Part shown: positions 36,293 to 47,391 of the stretch, piece by piece
Numbering within the stretch: the first letter of the stretch is position 1
How the letters are laid out: each line of letters starts with the position of its first letter
Assembly (NCBI GenBank): GCA_004764695.1
Contig: SMSO01000014.1
Location: 2,723,648 to 2,787,647 of the forward strand
From: Schizochytrium sp. TIO01
Lineage: Eukaryota > Protista > Bigyra: Labyrinthulomycetes
Direction: 5' to 3'
Length of the DNA: 64,000 nucleotides
Program-made: the position numbers and the translations under genes
The notes under the pieces: model-generated
The model's input: the letters and a program-made list of their open reading frames with translations, nothing else
Databases searched by the model: none
What the model was told of the DNA's origin: nothing

Positions 36293-39200
36293 ATGGATTT
36301 AGGCACGATGGAGAAACGAGGAGCGGCAGCTGCGGCAAGGAGGCGCGTGCGTATGTTTATGGAGCACTTGTCTCTGGATTCTTCGGCAAGAGCTGGCGGA
36401 CGTGGAGCAGAACTGCAGCTCCAGCTGCAGGTACAAAGTCTAAGTGCAGAAAAGTTGTCCTCTGAAGTTACGATCTCTTCAGGCGGAACGGTGAGATGCT
36501 CCATTGTGACGCAAGATCCCAAAAGACCTGATCTTGTACCTCATGGGTTTCTTGATCGATTTCGGAATGAGGATGACGGCGAGATTTCGCAAACCTGTCT
36601 TGAAGGTCTCCTTTTTCTAATGAAGAAAGACAAACTCGGCCAAGACACATTCCTTGTCGGCGCACCAGGTAGGGTGAAACGAAATCTTGCACTAGCATAC
36701 TGCGAGCTCACAAGACGCGAAGTTGAGTTTGTGGCGATCTCGCAAGATATTACAGTTAGCGACCTGACGCAGCGCCGCGAGATCCGAGCGGGCTCTGCCA
36801 TTTTTGTTGATGGACCTGCTGTACGGGCGGCTATCAAGGGTCGCATTTTAATTCTCGAAGGCGTTGAAAAAGCCGAGCGGAATATTCTCTCTGTACTAAA
36901 TAATCTCTTGGAGAACCGTGAGATGCAGCTCCTCGACGGTCGCTTTTTGACTCACCCAAAGCGTTTCGATGGTCTTCAAGCAGCTGGGACACTGGGAGAA
37001 GAGAATAAATCCCAGAGTGGGAATGGAGGTGATGTGCCGTTAATCCGTGTCAGTGATACCTTCCGTGTTTTTGCCCTTGGTCTACCAGTGCCTGAATATG
37101 ATGGAAGTCCGCTCGATCCGCCCTTCCGCTCGCGCTTTCAAGCTTTCGATGTTCCTGTATCAAAACTCCTGCACGAGGATATGGTGGCCAAAGATCCTGC
37201 GCACTCCTTTTCAAAGCTTGTAGCCCTCCGAACGTCTATGATGGCTGCAGAAGCAGCAGGCCTTGAAGGTCTACCAGCACGTATGATGCGCAGGACTGAA
37301 TTTCCACGAGAGCTGAATGCTGTTAAGACATTGCTGCAATACTTCCCACAAATACCGATTCGAGTTCTGGTTGGTTTTGTGTATCCCTACTCTAGCTTGC
37401 CTTGGTACGATCCGCTCCAGGGCCAACTTTTCGTTGAGCTCCTCGTACGCCAAGGTATTTTACCTATGAATGTACTTAAGGCTGATTCTTTGGCGTCGAG
37501 GTGGGCCCCAGTTTCAATCGACCCTAAAACAGGAGAAAGACGAAAATTTCAAGAAATTCGCGAAGAGGTCCTTCGCCGCGATAATGTAGGCATGAGTATC
37601 CATGAGGTTAATGCACGATCACGTCTTATTGGTGAAGGGTATACTTCTACATGTGGCTATCAACTCAAACTTGAGAATGGTGTGCTTTCCCACCCTGATC
37701 CTTCCTTTGTTAGCATCTCAGTCGCTGTTCCCACTGATCAACAAAACAAGGAAACCACTGGAGCTTTTGTACCAATTCCGTATCACGTTGAATTACTCAC
37801 CCAAATGCTGATGATTCATCACTCAGGCCTAGACATGTGTCTCGTCGGCAAACGTGGAAGTGGAAAGAGTGTACTGGTTCGCCAGTTTGCCAAAGCTGCC
37901 GGCCGCAATCTCTTATATTTTCCTCTCTACAAGGACATGACATCGCTTGACTTATTGCAGAGAAGGTCGACGAAGCCAAATGGTGACACCTATTGGTTGC
38001 CATCCCCGCTTGTTCTTGCTTGTCTGCACGGGGGGGTTGTTGTTCTTGATGGTCTCGAACAAGTTCCCCCACCCACTCTCGCATCTATTCAGTCTTTACT
38101 AGCAGACCGAATGATTGCACTTCCAGATGGAACCCGCTTTCATGATGCAAAATCTGTAGAGGTACTACGGCAGCGTGGCCATTTGCGTCAACCAGAGAAT
38201 GAGCAGGAGGATCCGGTGCTAATTCTTCCTGTGCATCCCAATTGTCGAATAATTGGAGTAGCAAGACCTCACTCACTTGCATCTGGAGCTTCTACAATGT
38301 CTTCTTGGTTAACCCCCGAGGTGACTGCGGCATTTTTACCATTTTTGTGGGTGCGCGCACTCGAGGAATCTGAAGAAGCTGAAGTCATTCGCGCTTTGGT
38401 TGGTCAAGCTTTAGAAAGCGGGTCTGATGTAAGCAAAATGCTAGCCCTTGCTCACGTTCTTCGAGGCCGATCTGATGAGGAAGCCAGGTCTATTGCAACA
38501 ACGATCACCACTCGACAAATGCTGCGCATAGCACGACGTGTAGCAAAACGGGAGAAAGACCATCATGAGGAAAGTGTGGCTACCCTCATTCGAAACGCTT
38601 GCTTATGGCGATTTCTGCCATCTCTAGCACAGCAAGTGTTGCAGACCGAATTAGAGACTGCTGGTCTTGTTGAGGCTCAAGATGAAGATGCAGAATTCGA
38701 GGCGCTTATGTACGCGGAGCCGTCGGAAATCCCCAAAATTACCATACGACAATACCAGTCTCCTAAGCCATCATCATTTGTGAAGACTAATTCTGACCCT
38801 CCAACAGGGATAGAACTTCGCCGGCAAAGGCCAGTTATCGGTGAATTGCAAATTGGGAATGCTCGTACTTTAATCCATGAGTCCTCAAATCGTCTACTCG
38901 TTCCCCAAACTGTGTTTTATGACAATCCGCGCCAAACAAGCATTTTAGCAGATATGCTTGTTGATTTCGAGCTAGGGGAACATTTGCTGCTGATTGGAAA
39001 TCAAGGCGTTGGAAAAAACAAACTGGCTGATCGCTTTCTTGAATTATTGAACCTTCCGCGAGAGTACATTCAGCTTGATCGTGACACTACGGTTCATCAT
39101 TTGACTTCACAACCTGTTGTAGAAGAGGGCATTGTAAGGTACGAAGATTCATCCCTTGTACAAGCTGCCTCTCATGGTTATGTTTTGGTCATTGACGAGG

Positions 39201-42200
39201 CTGATAAGGCTCCGACTCATGTCACAGCAATCCTCAAGTCGCTTCTCGCAGACGGTGAAATGTTGCTTGCCGACGGTCGCCGCCTCGTGCGGCATGGCAC
39301 TCAGCTAACGTCATCTGAAGAACAGACTATATGGGTGCATCCTGACTTCCGGGCAATCATTCTAGCTAATCGTCCGGGATTCCCCTTTCTTGGTAATGAC
39401 TTCTTCCGTGAAATTGGTGATATCTTTAGCTGTTATGTGGTCGATAATCCTGATGAAGAGTCCGAAATGCATCTTTTGCGTAAATATGCGCCTGAAGTAC
39501 CCGAAGATACACTACGTAGGCTCTCGGTAGCTTTCCAAGACCTGCGGGGTCTTGTAGATAGAGGAGTAATCAACTATCCATATAGTACTCGCGAGCTCGT
39601 GAATGTTGTGCGCCATATGCAACTCTTTCCTGATGATGGCATTGCTGCGACATTGAGAAATGTGTTTGACTTTGACCAATATGCTGTGGAGGAGAAAGAA
39701 ATCATTATGAATCTTTTCCAACGTCACGGAATTCCTGTAGGTCTAGACGCCGTTTATAAGGTTACTCTTGGGTCCTTGACCCCTTTACCAGCTGACTTCC
39801 TCACCGAACGTTGGTCCCGCCCGTTTGACCAAGTGAAGGCTGTGCGTTGCTCATTCGAAGTATCCGACGTACCTTGGAAAGCTAACTTGACCACAGATCA
39901 AGCTGAGGCAGGCCAGTTACCCAGTTTCGACTTCCCTTTGTCGCGGGCACGAAAAATGCATATAAAGCTACCTCGTTTTGAAGGCCGCACTGCAGTGTTC
40001 AACGAACAGCTTTTCTCTTTTAGCTTACCTTTGGGTACCCAGATGAGTGGGCCCAATTCAGGAGTCTCTGACATGGTGATTGATTCCCAGGGCGAAATTT
40101 TCGTTACTGCCAATGACTCCTTTCATAGCATGTTCTTGTATGCAATCGCTTCAAACCATCGTTCATATGAAAAATTGGAGCTTGACTTTCCGCATTTCAA
40201 TTTTCGTGGAGAAGTCATACCATCCGTACGTAAACCAGCCCCATCGCGCTGTAGTCTCGCACCGTTACAGGAAGGCAAGCGAATTGCAATGTATGTTCAT
40301 GATGAGCAATTTGTACATGTGCTTGATCTTATGTCTAATACGCAGTCTTTAGTTCATTTACCAATTGACGTTTTCCGCGAAGCTCAGATGTCATATGAGC
40401 CAGGCAAAAGCCCAGGGCTCTGGATAGAACGCCAACGCATTACAATGCTTTCAGCTTTGTCTGAGTCGCACAATGTCCTGATGTTTTATCAGTTCGGGAG
40501 CGCGGCGTTTGTGATTCTTAATCTAGCGATGAATACACTTACTACAGTTCGCTTGCCTATCTTAGTAGATTGTATAGAGGTTCTTTCTCCTACGCAATTT
40601 CTCATTACAGAATGTACCACAGGCCTTGACTCCTCTCTCGAGTATAGTCAGCAAAATGCTTCAACTAAAATTCCACTAAATCGGTTTCACATTCTTCATG
40701 CAGAAGGTGAACGAATCGAATCAGGATTAGCGCATAGTTCAATGTCGGCATCTGACGATGTCGCTGTTTATGAGGACAGCTACCATGAAGACGCTGCCAC
40801 CGCTGTAGCAGAAGATGGCTCGTTGGGAACCCAAGGCTCTTTAGAAAACACCATTAAGTCAATGCGAACAATTCGTTATGACGTTTTTGTCGTTGAAGGT
40901 GTTGTGAGAGAGCACGTACAGCCTGTCTCTAAATCACCTACACGATTGCATGCGGAGCATTCTTATCTTGCAGCATCAACGCTTTCTTCAGAACGACTTC
41001 CTCTTCGCGATGGAAGTGCGTCTGTTGATCGTCGTTGTATGTGTAGTAAAGGTACCCTGGCACAAGTTGTTTCAGGTCTCACTAGCAAATTCGCTTTCAA
41101 TGATGCTGTACTCGCCTCTGAAGGTAAGATCTCTAGCTTCGACGCGCGTGAGTCAGGTGTCGAGGTCCGTTCGTATCTTCGTACAACGACAACATCGACC
41201 ATCAACCCTGCTGATGAAATGCTAGCTGGAAATACCTTCCAGAATGTTTCATCACAATTGTGTACCGTATTTATGCAAAAGCACAGTGATGTAGAGAAAT
41301 CCAAAATGTCTCCTGGATCTCAAGCACCTGGATATCTCGGATATTCCAAAGATGCCGTTCTCGAGGTAGTTGACCTTGAGGGTAAGCAGGTGCGCCATAT
41401 TAGCTTTGCGTTGCCTGACACATCCATTTACGGAGCACAGAGAATGCTTACATTGGGGTCGACATTTGAAGAAGACGAAATTGACGATACTGATGCTCCT
41501 GAAGCTTCACTGCTGATGGAGAACCAGGAGTACTCGCTTTCTACTCAGGAAGACAAAGGACCAGCGGTTGGGGGATTTCCAGAGCGTTTCCGGAGGAAAA
41601 TGCTCTTTATGGTTCCTTTACAAGACGGAAACATTATTGTCATGGACCGTACTGGAGTTGGGCGGGTTTTCGAAATCGACTCTGCACAGCTTGAAAAATC
41701 CCACGAGAATTGGCGTAAGATGATTGGAACCAACAGTCCTGCAAACAACGGCGATCTTGATCTGGAGTATGAAAATATGGAAGAGGTTTCTGATGACTCA
41801 TGGGACGGCGAGTCTACAGATCAGAGTGAAGATGGTGAATATGCTGATGTTGACATTCAGAACATTCAGGAAATCGAGATGGAAGGAGAAATTGAGTTTG
41901 ATGAAAATGGAGAAATGACCGGTGAAGGACAATTAGTAGTTGTGCGAGGTGCAAAAGTAAAGGGCGGCAAGCGCAACGGCAAGCGCGTGCGTATCCGTGG
42001 CTCAGATGACTCTAGTCTTGATGCGCTTGGCCAGGGTGGACGCACTAAGACTCAGTCTCAAAGCAAACGTAAAGGCCGCGCTACGCGCCGAGCTCGAGCT
42101 CGAGCTCGCCCTCGAGGTCCTCGCAACCAACGAAACCAGGGCGGAAATGGCGAAGGACAGGGTGAAGGACAAGGACAGGGTAATGGATCGGGCTCTGGAT

Positions 42201-43606
42201 CTGGCTCTGGCTCTGGCTCTGGCCGAGGCTCCGGCAGCGGAGGTGGCGGTGGCGGCGGAGGCGGAGGCGGCGGAGGTTTGGGTGATGGCCTCACGCTACC
42301 AGAACCCGGGCAAATTCATGGGCCTAGAAAGCTTTCGCAAAGAGCACGCGATGAAGTGAATCTCCGTATGTCTGACCTGAAAGAGATGTTAAAGCTCTTT
42401 CCTCACAATGAGAAGCTAGAAGCGGAGCTTGAGACATTGGAAAAACGCCTTGCTGAAGCAGACGAGGCTGAACTACTTAGCCAAGATAATGATGTTGCAG
42501 AGCGTCTTACACGTGAGCGCCGTCGATTAGAACGTGTACAGCAACAAATTTCGCAGGGCAATGTAGATCCTCGTTTACAAGTCGAAGCTAGCCAGCTGCA
42601 GGAACTCATCAAACATCTTGAAAAACAAATGCAAGAGCTTCTGTCGAAACCAGCTGGTCGCCAATCCTTGGAGGAAACAAGACGTCTTCGCCAAGAAAAC
42701 AACAGCGAAATGGCGCTCGAGGCCAAGGAAGCCGCTAAACGTATTGGAATGGAACGCTGGAACGAGGTCCTGGGTTCCCTTGACATGCAAAAGTACGACA
42801 GTGAGATCTATCTGAGATACAAGGAAGCAGTGCGTCAGGAAATTCATGAACTTCGTACAACGCTGCAAGCGATGGAACGCAAGAAGAACGAGCGGACATG
42901 GGTGAAGAATCGAGATAACGGCGATCTTGATGACACACGGATTGTAGATGCCTTAACGGGCTCTCGAAATATCTATAAGAGACGGATGGATCGCCCACCT
43001 GATCCGTACTCCTTCCTCTCAGTGCCTAAGAACCTTTGCTTTCTCATGGACTGTTCCTCATCAATGACATCGATGGGCTTTGATGGGCGCCTTGAGCGTT
43101 CTCTTGAGGCAGTTTGTATGATCCTTGAGAGTCTCAAGGGATTTGAATGGAAGTTTCGCTATAGTGTTCGAGGTCATAGTGGTAGTACAGACGATCTTGT
43201 GTTTGTTGATCCGCTCAAACCCCCTCCTCCGAATGATGGCGCACGCCTACGTGTGCTTAGGGAAATCAATGCCCACTCCGAGACGTGTGGGTCTGGTGAT
43301 AATACCTTAGAAAGCGCTCGTCTTGCCATAAAGGAACTCGCAGCTCAAGAATCCGACGAATCCTTCCTTGTCCTTTTCTCAGATGCAAACCTAGAACAAT
43401 ATGGTATCGAACCCGCAGATCTCCGGGCATTGCTTGAGCAAGATGCCCGTGTTGCAGTGTTTATTATCTTTATTGGCACTAGTGGTGATCAGGCCCAGCG
43501 TTTAAAGTCAGAACTTCCCGCTGATCGTGCATTTATCACACTTGAAACAAGCGATATCCCTCGTGTTCTCAAACGTATCTTCATGTCTTCCGTACTCTCG
43601 GCGTAA
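36293..43606 (+). CDS. VWA8: von Willebrand factor A domain-containing AAA+ ATPase VWA8 homologue
   Basis: MKKDKLGQDTFLVGAPG, three dynein/midasin-type AAA modules (GKRGSGKS; LLLIGNQGVGKNK; LVIDEADKAP; ANRPGFPFLGNDFF; YPYSTRE), GDLDD, and a C-terminal VWA with MIDAS DCSSSM and LFSDANL. Start probably ATG 36293 or 36308 rather than 36218. Confidence 0.92.
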   Translation: MDLGTMEKRGAAAAARRRVRMFMEHLSLDSSARAGGRGAELQLQLQVQSLSAEKLSSEVTISSGGTVRCSIVTQDPKRPDLVPHGFLDRFRNEDDGEISQTCLEGLLFLMKKDKLGQDTFLVGAPGRVKRNLALAYCELTRREVEFVAISQDITVSDLTQRREIRAGSAIFVDGPAVRAAIKGRILILEGVEKAERNILSVLNNLLENREMQLLDGRFLTHPKRFDGLQAAGTLGEENKSQSGNGGDVPLIRVSDTFRVFALGLPVPEYDGSPLDPPFRSRFQAFDVPVSKLLHEDMVAKDPAHSFSKLVALRTSMMAAEAAGLEGLPARMMRRTEFPRELNAVKTLLQYFPQIPIRVLVGFVYPYSSLPWYDPLQGQLFVELLVRQGILPMNVLKADSLASRWAPVSIDPKTGERRKFQEIREEVLRRDNVGMSIHEVNARSRLIGEGYTSTCGYQLKLENGVLSHPDPSFVSISVAVPTDQQNKETTGAFVPIPYHVELLTQMLMIHHSGLDMCLVGKRGSGKSVLVRQFAKAAGRNLLYFPLYKDMTSLDLLQRRSTKPNGDTYWLPSPLVLACLHGGVVVLDGLEQVPPPTLASIQSLLADRMIALPDGTRFHDAKSVEVLRQRGHLRQPENEQEDPVLILPVHPNCRIIGVARPHSLASGASTMSSWLTPEVTAAFLPFLWVRALEESEEAEVIRALVGQALESGSDVSKMLALAHVLRGRSDEEARSIATTITTRQMLRIARRVAKREKDHHEESVATLIRNACLWRFLPSLAQQVLQTELETAGLVEAQDEDAEFEALMYAEPSEIPKITIRQYQSPKPSSFVKTNSDPPTGIELRRQRPVIGELQIGNARTLIHESSNRLLVPQTVFYDNPRQTSILADMLVDFELGEHLLLIGNQGVGKNKLADRFLELLNLPREYIQLDRDTTVHHLTSQPVVEEGIVRYEDSSLVQAASHGYVLVIDEADKAPTHVTAILKSLLADGEMLLADGRRLVRHGTQLTSSEEQTIWVHPDFRAIILANRPGFPFLGNDFFREIGDIFSCYVVDNPDEESEMHLLRKYAPEVPEDTLRRLSVAFQDLRGLVDRGVINYPYSTRELVNVVRHMQLFPDDGIAATLRNVFDFDQYAVEEKEIIMNLFQRHGIPVGLDAVYKVTLGSLTPLPADFLTERWSRPFDQVKAVRCSFEVSDVPWKANLTTDQAEAGQLPSFDFPLSRARKMHIKLPRFEGRTAVFNEQLFSFSLPLGTQMSGPNSGVSDMVIDSQGEIFVTANDSFHSMFLYAIASNHRSYEKLELDFPHFNFRGEVIPSVRKPAPSRCSLAPLQEGKRIAMYVHDEQFVHVLDLMSNTQSLVHLPIDVFREAQMSYEPGKSPGLWIERQRITMLSALSESHNVLMFYQFGSAAFVILNLAMNTLTTVRLPILVDCIEVLSPTQFLITECTTGLDSSLEYSQQNASTKIPLNRFHILHAEGERIESGLAHSSMSASDDVAVYEDSYHEDAATAVAEDGSLGTQGSLENTIKSMRTIRYDVFVVEGVVREHVQPVSKSPTRLHAEHSYLAASTLSSERLPLRDGSASVDRRCMCSKGTLAQVVSGLTSKFAFNDAVLASEGKISSFDARESGVEVRSYLRTTTTSTINPADEMLAGNTFQNVSSQLCTVFMQKHSDVEKSKMSPGSQAPGYLGYSKDAVLEVVDLEGKQVRHISFALPDTSIYGAQRMLTLGSTFEEDEIDDTDAPEASLLMENQEYSLSTQEDKGPAVGGFPERFRRKMLFMVPLQDGNIIVMDRTGVGRVFEIDSAQLEKSHENWRKMIGTNSPANNGDLDLEYENMEEVSDDSWDGESTDQSEDGEYADVDIQNIQEIEMEGEIEFDENGEMTGEGQLVVVRGAKVKGGKRNGKRVRIRGSDDSSLDALGQGGRTKTQSQSKRKGRATRRARARARPRGPRNQRNQGGNGEGQGEGQGQGNGSGSGSGSGSGSGRGSGSGGGGGGGGGGGGGLGDGLTLPEPGQIHGPRKLSQRARDEVNLRMSDLKEMLKLFPHNEKLEAELETLEKRLAEADEAELLSQDNDVAERLTRERRRLERVQQQISQGNVDPRLQVEASQLQELIKHLEKQMQELLSKPAGRQSLEETRRLRQENNSEMALEAKEAAKRIGMERWNEVLGSLDMQKYDSEIYLRYKEAVRQEIHELRTTLQAMERKKNERTWVKNRDNGDLDDTRIVDALTGSRNIYKRRMDRPPDPYSFLSVPKNLCFLMDCSSSMTSMGFDGRLERSLEAVCMILESLKGFEWKFRYSVRGHSGSTDDLVFVDPLKPPPPNDGARLRVLREINAHSETCGSGDNTLESARLAIKELAAQESDESFLVLFSDANLEQYGIEPADLRALLEQDARVAVFIIFIGTSGDQAQRLKSELPADRAFITLETSDIPRVLKRIFMSSVLSA

Positions 43607-44100
43607 GTGAAAAGCACAGTTTTAATTTATTATGATTAAATTTCTGATATTGTTGATATCTTAGATTGTTCTGCCTCGTTTTAAACCTTTCAGGCGTAAG
43701 AAAGAGAAGTGATTCGGTGTCACTACTAGCTAGTCAAGAACCCAATTTATTAATAATAGATCACAGACCTAGTTCCTTTTCGTATTATGGTACAGTACAC
43801 TGGGGGGAGAAATTCTTCTTGCCACAAGAAATAAAATCAAACAAAGTAAAAGTAAATGAACAAATGGGTTTTGTCTTTTGTTGCAGAAATACGTTGGATA
43901 AAACATGTGTTGGGCGGAGTTTTTGTCGCTAAGAGACAGACAAAATGAGTACGAGTGCTTCCTGAAGAAGACAATACATGAATGATAGCAAACTGGAATC
44001 TGTAAAGGGGCAATACGAATCAAAGTTGCTGAAAGAGCCAAATCCAAAGGAGTCTGGGTCGTAGAAGTAGTAAAGGTGATATAGCTGACATGTGTGTGTT

Positions 44101-45495
44101 TTAAAATTGAAAGTTGCGCAGGCCGCCACCGTATGTCTCGATGACATCCTTGTGCTGTTCGAGAAGCCTTCGTGCTGCCTCGCGAACCACACGCTCTCGG
44201 AACTCGTCCTCGAGCTGCTGACGGGTAGCTTCCTCCTTTTCTTGCTCTTGAGCTTTGTAGTACATGTCGAGGCGATCCTTGCGCTGCTTTTCGACAGCAT
44301 CGCGATGAGCACGCATTTGTGCAGCGCGGCGGCGCGCTTCCTCTCGCTCCTTCTCTGCTTGACGCTCGTACTCGTCGAGCATCTTTTGGCGAAGTTCAAG
44401 CTCTTCGAGTGCCTCTTGTTGTTGAATTGCAGACTTGTAACGCTTCTGTGCTTCGTTTGCAGCAATCATCTCCTGCTTCATCTGGCGAATACGTTCCTTT
44501 CTAGCTGCCTCACGGACACGCTCACGCTGCTCAACCTCCTCCAACGACAAGGTCTCACGAATATCCAGAAGCTCCTCTTCTTGGCGACGAATCTCCTCTT
44601 GCTTAAGGAGCATTTCCTGGTAAATAGCTTCTTGGCGAGCAGCTTCCTCCTCGCGCTTTGCAGCCTCAGCTTCTGCTCTTTCGTGTACAGCTGCTTGGTA
44701 CTCTTGCACGCGGCGTTCGTGTTCCTGCTCTTCCCGAATACGAGCAGCTTTTTCCTGCTCGTGCTGCACCTGATACTTCTGGAGCAGTTCTCGTGTCTCT
44801 TGCTGCTTATTGCGTTTGGACTCCATTGCAGCATGCTCTTCGCGCATGATTTGTTCAATGACAGCCTCGACATTTCGCTTGTCGGTTTCATACTCTTCAG
44901 CGGCCTGCTGGCGATTGATTTGTTTGCGCTCCTGCATTTGCCGCAAGAGATCATCTTTGCTCTTCTGGATCCATTCCTGACGGGATGCTTCTTCGCGAGC
45001 TCGACGCTCTTCCTGTTCCTTCATAAAGTCGAGCATAGCGTGGTCCATTTGTGACTCCTCAACCTTCTTTTTGTACTCAAACTCTGACTTTTCCTTCAGC
45101 TGCAGCGTACGCTCTTTCGAGACGTACGCAAGTTTAAGTTTTCGCTGCAAATCTCGCAGACGTGGGTCACTCTGGATGATGAGTTCCACACGCTTAGCAT
45201 CAGCGTTGTCCTCCTGCTGCTTTTTGCGAAGCTGCTCTGCAAGACGGCCTTCCTGGGCACTTTCACGCTCGCGGATCCGAGCATCAATTTTTGCACGGCG
45301 AATTTCCTCCTCACGGCGTCGCTCCTCCTCGAGTTGCTCAACCTTGTACCGGTAGCGCTGTCCCTCGGCTTTTTGCTGCCATCGGTTCACTTGCTGCACA
45401 CGAGAGTCTTCGTTAAGCACTCTGCAAAGACTTTCGCGGCGAGATTCTGCCTCGCGCTGTGCTACCATGCGTCGCTGGTAAAGACGATCGCCCAT
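44101..45495 (-). CDS. MNS1: Meiosis-specific nuclear structural protein 1 (MNS1)-like axonemal coiled-coil (TPH domain) protein
   Basis: E/Q/R-rich coiled coil. DPRLRDLQRKLKLAYVSKERTLQL matches the MNS1 signature; C-terminal EQHKDVIETYGG. Confidence 0.75.
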   Translation of the reverse strand: MGDRLYQRRMVAQREAESRRESLCRVLNEDSRVQQVNRWQQKAEGQRYRYKVEQLEEERRREEEIRRAKIDARIRERESAQEGRLAEQLRKKQQEDNADAKRVELIIQSDPRLRDLQRKLKLAYVSKERTLQLKEKSEFEYKKKVEESQMDHAMLDFMKEQEERRAREEASRQEWIQKSKDDLLRQMQERKQINRQQAAEEYETDKRNVEAVIEQIMREEHAAMESKRNKQQETRELLQKYQVQHEQEKAARIREEQEHERRVQEYQAAVHERAEAEAAKREEEAARQEAIYQEMLLKQEEIRRQEEELLDIRETLSLEEVEQRERVREAARKERIRQMKQEMIAANEAQKRYKSAIQQQEALEELELRQKMLDEYERQAEKEREEARRRAAQMRAHRDAVEKQRKDRLDMYYKAQEQEKEEATRQQLEDEFRERVVREAARRLLEQHKDVIETYGGGLRNFQF

Positions 45496-47391
45496 AGTGA
45501 ATACTAACTTAGTTGTCTGTCACAAAATGCAAGCTGCGACTCGCTTCAATCGACACCGATACACAATAAGATTGGAGAAACTGCGAGTTCGAAGAAACCT
45601 TCAATAACTTAGATGCTTTGTAGAAGACAAACTATACTTGGCACCAAATTATAGATGGACAAAGAAAGGGAGTGAAGGTGCGGCAAGGGCCGTATGAACA
45701 AAATCTCCACAAACAAAGAGCTGGCCCTTGGCTACGCTGCAAAAATTTTCGAGGAGCGCGAAGGCTCCAGAGCGCGATGGACCAGAAAGTGCGATAAAAT
45801 CGCAACTGCCGCGGAGACCGGCCCCGTTGAATGTAGGGCTAAGCGACGCAGAAGCTAGGGGCTGACAGAGAAATAATCGCGAATCCTTCGCGAGTAGCTA
45901 ATCGAAGCAAGGAGACCCTCTTCGCAGCGACGAGACTTCTTTTTGCGCTGCTCAAGAGCTTTGCCCGGTAGTTCGCAGCTGTTTCTGCTTGTTCACAAAC
46001 TTTCTTGTCTGTTAATATTCAATAGTCTTCGTTACTGCATTATATTGCCTTAGTTCGAGAAAATTTAATATTACTGAAACAAGAGGTGATGTCCGTTGAA
46101 GGCGCTTTTCTTCAACACTCATGGTGAATGAACGCACAAGGAATCATAACGTCAATATGGTGATGGCACTTCTAGGAGCAAGTAGAGTCGAGCCTACGTT
46201 TATGTATTGCTTTCTATTCAGAAGACACGTAGCTTTAATGAGAGTTAGTTACCGCATGACTGAGAATGATATACGGTGGTTAGCATGAGTAACAACAGAG
46301 GTATGACGAGAAATGATTGCCGACGAAGATTGTCAAAAGATGGGACATTTGGTTATAGTGAGTGAAAGTTGGCTTTACAGAACAAAAGAAAGGGAATAAT
46401 TGCCTCAGCATTTTGCTCTTCTGGGAGCAACAGTAGGTACTTATGGAGAATTTATCTCTGGAAACGAATTCAGGACTGCTGCGTATTGGGTAATGTCCTA
46501 AAACAGAATTGAAGGAATTTATTTGCAACAGGCTTCTTCGCTAGGAGAACTGATATCGAAACTCCTTCGAATATTTCATCGAGTATTTGTGATTGTCAAT
46601 CTTCGCTTAGACATGAGTTTGTCAGGGGAAATTGATGGGAGACCCATCAAGTCGAATCTGGTTTTTCTTGAAACCAACGCCAGGGCAAGAATGCAAAACG
46701 AACTTAACACTTGATCTCTCATTTGAACTTGAAAATTTTTCTCCAGCCGGGGTGCAAAGGGGTCGCACAACAAATACCGGTTTCTTCGATGCATCCGCGG
46801 GAACCATTAAGATAGATATAGAGATAGAGGGAGATAATTCGAGGTAGATAATTCGCTGGGTTTTAAAGGTGGTGCTTTCTTCTAATTACTCTAGTTAAAT
46901 TGTGCTAGCATATTTTAATTAAGAAACAGAAATAAAAATAAAATAAAGCGCCTCGTAACTACGAAAGTGAGATTCCTTAGATACCCATTCACACATTGTT
47001 GTAATCACTACCAAGGTAGATTCATAAAGTGACAACATTATCAACTAGAACAGTACCGTGTTCAATAGGCAAGATACTGATTCATCAAAAATAGTTTTGC
47101 GGAGTCAGATTCATGCAACACGGTCAAATATCACAAGTTTCGTTTGTGACTCACAAGAATATGCCAATGCTGAACCGAGTGTAATCAGATATGCTATGAA
47201 TTCTAAGAATGTGCTTTGAACAGGTGGTCGTTGTTCCTATTGTCTTGATATTATCACAGAGACAAATGTGTCCTCGAGCACATCTGAGTTAAAGTGGTAT
47301 AGAAACGACGATTGGAATCTGACCAAAGCAACAAAACAATAGCCGACCTAAATAAGACACTAGTTTCAAGGCAAACCCATTATCCTCTGAT

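Noticed and set aside
44092-45054. 320-aa Leu-rich + strand ORF resembling a membrane protein
   Set aside because: It is the antisense shadow of the E/Q/K-rich MNS1 coiled coil.
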